DNA of 33,133 nucleotides from NCBI GenBank assembly GCA_947460225.1, contig CANHHI010000003.1, forward strand, positions 1 to 33,133. Reading direction: 5' to 3'. The stretch comes from Flavobacteriales bacterium (GTDB lineage Bacteria; Bacteroidota; Bacteroidia; Flavobacteriales_D; CANHHI01). Position 1 is the stretch's first letter. Every line of letters starts with the position of its first letter. Shown piece by piece: positions 27,158-33,133 of this stretch. The position numbers were made by a program, and so were the translations under genes. A model generated the notes under the pieces. It did not search any database. It saw only the letters and a program-made list of their open reading frames with translations, and was not told the DNA's origin.

Positions 27158-27167
27158 GTAGATAATT

Positions 27168-27836
27168 ATGAAACCACAAGAAATTTTAGATGCCTTGCAG
27201 TGGCGATATTCGGTTAAAAAATTTGATGCGGGCAAAAAAATAGAAGAGTCTATTTGGCAAAACATTTTAGACGCCGCTGTGCTTACACCGTCTTCGTTTG
27301 GTTTACAGCCTTGGCAATTTTTAGACGTGCGAAACGTTGAACTACGTGAAAAACTTGTACTTGCGAGCTACGGGCAAAAACAAGTAGCAGAATCTTCGCA
27401 TCTTTTGGTGCTGACTTGCAAAAAAACGATGGACCAGGCGCATTTAGACCGTTTCCTTGCGGTGTCTCAAAAAATTAGAAAAGCCAATGCGATGGCAATT
27501 ATAGGTGAAAATGGGGCAACAGATTATGCTGGAGAAAATTTTAAAGCCATTACGCTGTCTTTTATACAAAGTTTGAGTGCCGAGCAAAATTTTATTTGGA
27601 ATGCCAATCAGATTTATATCGTTTTGGGCAATATTCTCACAGTAGCAGCCATGCTTGGGATTGATGCCATTCCTATGGAAGGCTTTGAAGCGGAAAAATA
27701 CAATGAAATTTTACACATAGATAAAAATTATACCGCTAAATTAGTTGTGCCTTTTGGTTATCGAAGTGCCCAAGACAAGAATGCGACGTATAACAAAGTG
27801 CGCTTTGATAAATCGGAAATTGTTAAAATTATTTAA
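27168..27836 (+). CDS. Nitroreductase family NAD(P)H-dependent oxidoreductase (NfsB-like)
   Basis: WRYSVKKFD, TPSSFGLQPWQF, GIDAIPMEGF, FGYRS, KVR. Confidence 0.94.
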   Translation: MKPQEILDALQWRYSVKKFDAGKKIEESIWQNILDAAVLTPSSFGLQPWQFLDVRNVELREKLVLASYGQKQVAESSHLLVLTCKKTMDQAHLDRFLAVSQKIRKANAMAIIGENGATDYAGENFKAITLSFIQSLSAEQNFIWNANQIYIVLGNILTVAAMLGIDAIPMEGFEAEKYNEILHIDKNYTAKLVVPFGYRSAQDKNATYNKVRFDKSEIVKII

Positions 27837-27838
27837 AT

Positions 27839-28282
27839 ATGACACCTAATCAGTACCACAGTCTTTCCAAAGAAACAGTAGATAAATTATACGCTACTTA
27901 CTTTAGTTTAAAAAATTCTTCTGTACCTGCAGAATTGGCAATTTTAACAGAAGTGTTTGTTTCCAGAATAAATGCCTGCGATTTTTGCATAGGTTATCAC
28001 GTGAAAGATGCCCAAAAGCATGGTATTTCTCAAGAGAAAATAGATGCTGTGTCCATGGATGTTTATCAAGATGCTATGTGTTTGGATGAGCAAGAAAAAT
28101 GGGCTTTGCAATATGCTCATGCTGTAACCATAAATCAAAAAGAGCGTTATGAAGAGCTACATAAACAGCTAGAACAAACATTTACTTCTCAGCAAATTGT
28201 GGATTTAACTTTGGTTATATCCATTACGAATTGTTTTAATAAACTAACAGGTTCTTTAAAATATGCAACCTTAAATGCTTAG
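27839..28282 (+). CDS. Carboxymuconolactone decarboxylase / AhpD-like protein
   Basis: VSRINACDFCIGYH (CxxC...H), EKWALQYA, N.FNKL. Confidence 0.9.
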   Translation: MTPNQYHSLSKETVDKLYATYFSLKNSSVPAELAILTEVFVSRINACDFCIGYHVKDAQKHGISQEKIDAVSMDVYQDAMCLDEQEKWALQYAHAVTINQKERYEELHKQLEQTFTSQQIVDLTLVISITNCFNKLTGSLKYATLNA

Positions 28283-28901
28283 TTTTATGGATATTTTTTT
28301 TCAATCTTTTATACTGGGTTTAGCTATAACCATTCCTGTTGGACCTGCTACTTTTTTGTGTATCAATAGCACCTTAAATCAGGGATTTAGACATGGTTTG
28401 GTTACCAGTATAGGGATAACTTTAGCAGACTCTTTGTACGCACTTGTTGCAGTTTTGGGTCTTGGCACCATTACTGTATTTACTAGCCAGTACGGGTTTA
28501 TTCCCCAAGTGTTGGGTTCTTTGTTTTTGGCTTACTTGGGTGTAAAAAACCTGCGTAAGTCATCCACTTTGGATGCCCAAAAAGTAGTGCGGGCTAGTCT
28601 TTTGAAAAACTTTTTGAGTAGTTTTTTCTTTACTTTGTCCAGCCCAGCTACTTTAATTTTATTCTTAGCTGCTATGAGTTTGGTGCAATTTCAAGCTGAT
28701 ATGACTAGGGATATTGTGTTTATATTGCTAGGATTTATGTTGGCGTGCATGGGTTTTTGGTTGCTGCTTATAAGTGTATTGCTCTTGTTCAAAAAGCGTT
28801 TATCTGAAAACGCCATTAACATGATGAATAAAATATCTGGTTTGATTTTTATTGGTTTTGCCCTTGTGGGTTTCTATATGTTCTTCAAAAATATCTTATA
28901 G
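28275..28901 (+). CDS. LysE/RhtB family translocator
   Basis: GLAITIPVGP, GFRHGL, G...AD, GSLFLAYLG, six hydrophobic segments; start may be 28287. Confidence 0.92.
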   Translation: MLSFMDIFFQSFILGLAITIPVGPATFLCINSTLNQGFRHGLVTSIGITLADSLYALVAVLGLGTITVFTSQYGFIPQVLGSLFLAYLGVKNLRKSSTLDAQKVVRASLLKNFLSSFFFTLSSPATLILFLAAMSLVQFQADMTRDIVFILLGFMLACMGFWLLLISVLLLFKKRLSENAINMMNKISGLIFIGFALVGFYMFFKNIL

Positions 28902-28904
28902 AAT

Positions 28905-29969
28905 ATGTTAGTTAAACAAAATATAATCTTGCCAATGGCTTTGGCAGGTATTTTATCTGCCCAAAGTCCTGCTGTGCAAAAAGCCATGGCTTCTCGTTTG
29001 CCCGCAGACCCAAATAGAGTGTATTCCACGTTTAATACGGTTTTAATTGATAAAGAACTTGCGCCTGGTGTGTTTGCTGTTTTTGCCGACGATGCCTTTG
29101 AGCGTGGCGAAAAAGGCTTACAGGTGAGCACGTCTAGTGGTTATGTGATTGGCGAAAAAGGTGTTTTGGTGATAGATGCCCAGCAAACCAAAAGACTTGC
29201 CACCAATTTGATAGAACTTATCAAAGAAAAAACGGATAAACCTATTTTGTATGTGGTCAATACCAATTACTATGGCGACCATTCTTTTGGCAATCAATTT
29301 TTTGTTGCGGAAGGTTTTCGCATCATCAACAATGGCACCAAAATCATTCAACATGAAAATGCCCAAAAAATGATACAAAATCATTTTGAAGAAGATAGGG
29401 TTTTTGAATATACTTTGAGTGCACGCAAAGAAGACGTGGCAGAAATGCAACCCACGCCTGCCGATATTTTAATCACCGGGCAAGCTGTGAGCAAAACCGT
29501 GATTGATTTGGGCGATAAACAGGTGGAAATTATTTACCCAGGGCGCACCCAAACCGATGGAAATTTATTTGTGTATCTGCCTAAAGAAAAAGTGCTCTTT
29601 GGTGGAAATTCTATTCCTTCTGGGGGCAAAGTGGTGGGCATGCCTTGGCTTACGTACGGCGGTTTAGATGAATTTTTAAAATCTTTGCAGGTTTTGCGCA
29701 AGATGCTTGCGAGCGATTCGCAAATTGGCTCTGGACACGGTTATCCCACGGATATAAAGGCTTTGGATAATATTATTGTCTATTTTCAAGATTTGCAAAA
29801 AAGTGTTAGGCAAGCGGTAAACAAAGGCTTAGATTTGGCGCAAACAAAAATAAAAGTTAAACAAGACTTGGAAAAATACCGCAATCACACGCTTTTTGAG
29901 ATGATACAAGACCTCAATATTGAAAAAACTTATCAAGAATACAAAACAGTAACCCCTAAAACCAAATAA
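28905..29969 (+). CDS. Metallo-beta-lactamase-fold protein with degenerate metal site, probably exported
   Basis: G.VIGEKGVLVIDA, YVVNTNYYGDHSFGN, YLPKEKVLFGGN, GHG. Confidence 0.85.
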   Translation: MLVKQNIILPMALAGILSAQSPAVQKAMASRLPADPNRVYSTFNTVLIDKELAPGVFAVFADDAFERGEKGLQVSTSSGYVIGEKGVLVIDAQQTKRLATNLIELIKEKTDKPILYVVNTNYYGDHSFGNQFFVAEGFRIINNGTKIIQHENAQKMIQNHFEEDRVFEYTLSARKEDVAEMQPTPADILITGQAVSKTVIDLGDKQVEIIYPGRTQTDGNLFVYLPKEKVLFGGNSIPSGGKVVGMPWLTYGGLDEFLKSLQVLRKMLASDSQIGSGHGYPTDIKALDNIIVYFQDLQKSVRQAVNKGLDLAQTKIKVKQDLEKYRNHTLFEMIQDLNIEKTYQEYKTVTPKTK

Positions 29970-29971
29970 TT

Positions 29972-30379
29972 ATGCTTAAAAAAATTCTAAACTTGGATAT
30001 GATTCCAAAAAGTACAGACTTAGGGTTGCTTGCCTTGCGTCTAGTTATCAGTTTTGCCATGCTTGGCAAACATGCTTTGCACAAAATTTCAGATTTTAGT
30101 GCCATGAAAGACATTTTTCCAGACCCCTTGCATATTGGTTCTACCATGAGCTTAATTTCTGCCATTGTGGTGGAAAATGTATTTTCAATTTTATTGATTT
30201 TGGGCATTTATGCACGGTTTGCGGCTTTTGCCCTTTTTATGAATTTACTCGTTATTTGGGCTTTGGTGTATCAATTTTCCATCGCTACCGACCACCACGA
30301 ACTCGTGTTGCTCTATCTGGTGGGTTACTTCACCTTGATTTTTACAGGTGCAGGCAAGTACAGCCTTGATAAGCAATAA
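29972..30379 (+). CDS. DoxX family membrane protein
   Basis: DLGLLALRL, FPDPLHIG, E...S.LLILG..AR, GAGKYSLD. Confidence 0.92.
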   Translation: MLKKILNLDMIPKSTDLGLLALRLVISFAMLGKHALHKISDFSAMKDIFPDPLHIGSTMSLISAIVVENVFSILLILGIYARFAAFALFMNLLVIWALVYQFSIATDHHELVLLYLVGYFTLIFTGAGKYSLDKQ

Positions 30380-30398
30380 CGGAATTTAGAAGTTAAGG

Positions 30399-30430
30399 TA
30401 AAAATGGAGCGTTTACACGCTCCATTTTTA
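30399..30430. terminator. Bidirectional terminator
   Basis: 14-bp stem TAAAAATGGAGCGT-ttac-ACGCTCCATTTTTA between convergent genes. Confidence 0.85.
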
Positions 30431-31498
30431 TTATTTAGACATATCCGACTGTTTGACATCTATCACAAAGCGATACTTCACATCGGATTTCAACACCCGC
30501 TCGTATGCTTCATTGATGGCTTGCACCTTGATTATTTCTATATCCGACACAATGCCTTTTTCGGCACAAAAATCCAACATTTCTTGCGTTTCCGCTATGC
30601 CCCCAATGAGTGAGCCCAAAATCTGTTTTCTTTGCATCACCAAAATGGCAGGATTTACAGGCACAGCCTCAGCAGGTATGCCCACTACCGCCAAAGTGCC
30701 ACCTATGTTTAGCAAATTTAAATACGCATTGTAATCAATCGGCGCAGACACTGTGTTCAAAATCGCATCAAAACTGCCTGCGAGTGTTTGCATATTTTCC
30801 GCTTTTGTGGTGAGTGCAAAATGATGTGCGCCCAATTTTAGCGCATCGGCTTTTTTATTTTCCGAAGTGCTCAACACCGTAACTTCTGCGCCCATTGCCA
30901 CAGCTATTTTTACAGCCATGTGTCCCAAACCGCCAAGTCCAATAATGCCTATTTTTTTGCCTTTGCCAACGCCTAGTTTTTTCAAGGGCGAAAACGTGGT
31001 AATGCCTGCGCACAAAAGCGGTGCCGTAGCGGCTAGGTTGTTTTCAAATTTTTTGGAAATGCTGAGTGCAAAAGCCTCCGTGCAAATAATATGCGTGGCA
31101 TAACCGCCATAAGTAGGTCGCCCTGCGATTTTATCCATGCTGTTGTAAGACCAGGTAACACCTTCTTTGCAATACTGTTCTTCATGGGCTTTGCAATGCG
31201 AGCAAGCCCGGCAAGAATCCACCATACAGCCCACGCCAGCCCAGTCGCCAACTTTAAATTTGCTCACCGCACCGCCCACGGCAATCACTTTGCCGATAAT
31301 TTCATGCCCTGGCACCATGGGAAACGTAGAACCGCCCCATTCGTTGCGTGCTTGGTGAATATCCGAATGGCACACCCCACAATAATAAATTTCTATTTCT
31401 ACGTCTTTGTCTTGACAATCCCTTTGCACAAAGTCAAAAGGTTTTAAGTTTTCGTCTGCTTTATACGCAGCATAAGCCAATACTTTTCTGGTATTCAT
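30431..31498 (-). CDS. Zn-dependent NAD(P)H alcohol dehydrogenase / aldehyde reductase (CAD/YahK-like)
   Basis: CGVCHSD, PGHEIIG, C..C..C.......C structural Zn, APLLCAGIT, GLGGLGH, VKYRFVID. Confidence 0.96.
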   Translation of the reverse strand: MNTRKVLAYAAYKADENLKPFDFVQRDCQDKDVEIEIYYCGVCHSDIHQARNEWGGSTFPMVPGHEIIGKVIAVGGAVSKFKVGDWAGVGCMVDSCRACSHCKAHEEQYCKEGVTWSYNSMDKIAGRPTYGGYATHIICTEAFALSISKKFENNLAATAPLLCAGITTFSPLKKLGVGKGKKIGIIGLGGLGHMAVKIAVAMGAEVTVLSTSENKKADALKLGAHHFALTTKAENMQTLAGSFDAILNTVSAPIDYNAYLNLLNIGGTLAVVGIPAEAVPVNPAILVMQRKQILGSLIGGIAETQEMLDFCAEKGIVSDIEIIKVQAINEAYERVLKSDVKYRFVIDVKQSDMSK

Positions 31499-31514
31499 AA
31501 ACTGTAGTTTTTTA

Positions 31515-31545
31515 CAAATGTACGATTTTTGCGTGGCATTTCAAA
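31515..31545 (-). promoter_or_regulatory. Promoter for alcohol dehydrogenase
   Basis: Minus strand TTTG (31545-31542), N19, TACATTTG (31522-31515). Confidence 0.7.
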
Positions 31546-31589
31546 GGGGTTTTGCTATTATTTCCAAGTAAGGCGCATGTAAAACACAT

Positions 31590-31803
31590 GCAAAACGTAG
31601 AGAACGGTTTCTAACCGCAGACATTGTCTGTTTTATTCTGCCTTCGGCAGGCGATGCAGAGGCAAAACGTAGGGAAAGGTTTGTAACAGTTCCAAAAAAT
31701 ACCATGCCCGTAGGGTCTTGCCATGGCAAGACCTCTGAATAATGCCAAATAAAAACAGAAAAAACGCCTGCCGAAGTCAGAAAACGTGCAGGGTTTGCCT
31801 GCA
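31590..31803. repeat. Cluster of GTAG-type REP-like palindromes
   Basis: CGTAG at 31596, 31668 and 31709, each followed by a perfect or decayed palindrome; 18-bp inverted repeat 31636-31653 / 31765-31782. Confidence 0.65.
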
Positions 31804-31829
31804 ATAAAAGGGCAGGCTTCCGTCTGCCC
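31804..31829 (-). terminator. Probable terminator for the 31868-32650 gene
   Basis: Minus strand GGGCAGAC-GGAA-GCCTGCCC followed by TTTTATT. Confidence 0.6.
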
Positions 31830-31867
31830 AGTCAAATTTTGATAGTAAATTGCTTATGCGAATTGTA

Positions 31868-32650
31868 TTAACTTTCTTGTTTAGGCAATATGCGAAATGC
31901 CCATTTTACAGAAGGTATAACTTCATGTTTGCTTAGTCTAATGCCTTCTGAATGATAATTGATGTAATTATGGTGAATACCTATAAAAATACCCATTCTT
32001 TGCTTTTTGCCTAAATACCAACCTGCATCCAAATGGGTATGTTGTAGCCAACCAAACGAAATGCCTGTTTGACTATTTTTAGGTGTATTCCAAATGCCTT
32101 TGCCATCGTATTGATGGGCAAATGAAATCAAATTTGAAAAACTACCAGCATCTAAAACAAAAGCCGTACCTTGTAATTTCTCTAAGCGAAACCTTACGCC
32201 AGAAACAGGGGAAATAATATTGATATTGCGGTTTAATTTATCGTCTTTATTTTCTTTATACTGCATAAATACCGAAGAGCTCGCAACACCTGTATTTACA
32301 TACAACGCAAACCAATACTTTTCTTTATGCCACTGAAACAATCTAAAATCTATCAACATTTTATTTTCTGTCAAAGTCAAAGACGTTTCATCTGTTTGTT
32401 GCTTGATAGATAAAATGCTGGTAACATCCCAAGCATAACGAAATGCCAAAGGCAATTTAGTATGTTCAACATAAATAAACCCATTACCTCCTCCCGCTGG
32501 CAAAGAAGATTTATCAAAAAAACCGTCTTTATAATTCAATAAAGGGGTAAAATGTAATCCAAATCTAAATTCCCATTTGAGTGGGTGCTGTGCAGATAGC
32601 ATTGATACAAAACTAAATACTGTAAAAAGAATAATTTTTCGCATAATCAT
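31868..32650 (-). CDS. Hypothetical exported protein, probable outer-membrane beta-barrel
   Basis: Signal peptide MRKIILFTVFSFVSMLSAQ; aromatic-rich alternating beta strands; near-terminal VKWAF. Confidence 0.6.
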   Translation of the reverse strand: MIMRKIILFTVFSFVSMLSAQHPLKWEFRFGLHFTPLLNYKDGFFDKSSLPAGGGNGFIYVEHTKLPLAFRYAWDVTSILSIKQQTDETSLTLTENKMLIDFRLFQWHKEKYWFALYVNTGVASSSVFMQYKENKDDKLNRNINIISPVSGVRFRLEKLQGTAFVLDAGSFSNLISFAHQYDGKGIWNTPKNSQTGISFGWLQHTHLDAGWYLGKKQRMGIFIGIHHNYINYHSEGIRLSKHEVIPSVKWAFRILPKQES

Positions 32651-32664
32651 TTATAATTTAAATT

Positions 32665-33133
32665 TTACCCACAAATTTTTGTTGTTACATAATTGGTTGC
32701 CCAATAGCAACTTTGTTGAACGGTATTAAACATCAATCCAGGTGCCGAAGAATTAGGGTCTGATATACTAGCCACTGCACCAGCCGCCAATCCTGCAACC
32801 GGAATACAAACAAAAACCTTAATGGCAATATTCACAACCCAACACACTATCTTCTTGAACCATTTTACTACACTTGACCAAAACCCTCTAAATGCCCCAT
32901 CTTCACTATCCAAACTAAACAATTCCTAAATACATCAGACATGGTATCTAAGGTTACAGTAGCTTGATAAAACTTTACCTTTTCACTTTCCAATATCAAT
33001 GGGTGCGCTTGAATGCGTGCATTGTAAGCTGTAACAATTGCTTTGGATTTTTCTTGCGCCTCTTCTTCGCTAAACATATCTGCCTGCGTCTGTAAAAGCT
33101 CTAACTCCACTTGCATCTCTTCCACTAAAACCC
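32665..33133 (-). pseudogene. Edge-truncated gene split by a -1 frameshift (or two overlapping ORFs); distal part bacteriocin-like
   Basis: Frame A open from window edge to TAG at 32868; frame B (-1) open from 32925 to TAA at 32665; overlap about 58 nt. Confidence 0.5.

Noticed and set aside
28905-29969. Metallo-beta-lactamase resistance gene
   Set aside because: Zn1 His ligands and the B1/B2 Cys are absent; only the fold is supported
31590-31733. CRISPR array or integron attC sites
   Set aside because: Only two degenerate direct repeats with irregular spacing, no cas or integrase gene, and no RYYYAAC...GTTRRRY-bounded cassette structure
31541-31835. ORFs 31541-31804 and 31611-31835
   Set aside because: Run through the palindrome cluster, non-ATG starts, no protein-like features

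Overview
A chromosomal window from a Bacteroidota bacterium, judged from the many TAnnTTTG (-7) / TTTG (-33) promoter boxes, lipoproteins and a gliding/T9SS-type C-terminal domain. 1-25.5 kb is mostly housekeeping: tRNA-Val (cut by the left edge), a GT4 glycosyltransferase, a minus-strand run tatA-gatA-lepA-infC-rpmI-rplT-ndk, dprA, guaC, a MerR-type HTH, panD, rlmB, greA-HIT, PAP2, a lamin-tail-domain protein and a TolC-MFP-RND efflux operon. A convergent pair of accessory lipoproteins (one a metzincin + GLUG-repeat peptidase) is inserted at 12.3-14.8 kb. 25.5-31.5 kb is an HxlR-centred redox/electrophile detoxification cluster: a signal-peptide WrbA-RidA fusion, nitroreductase, AhpD/CMD protein, LysE exporter, a metallo-beta-lactamase-fold protein lacking its Zn1 ligands, DoxX and a Zn alcohol dehydrogenase. 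After it come a cluster of GTAG-REP-like palindromes, a probable outer-membrane protein gene, and a frameshifted, edge-truncated gene whose -1 frame encodes a cationic, 4-Cys, bacteriocin-like tail. All calls come from motif recognition by eye; no database searches were run.
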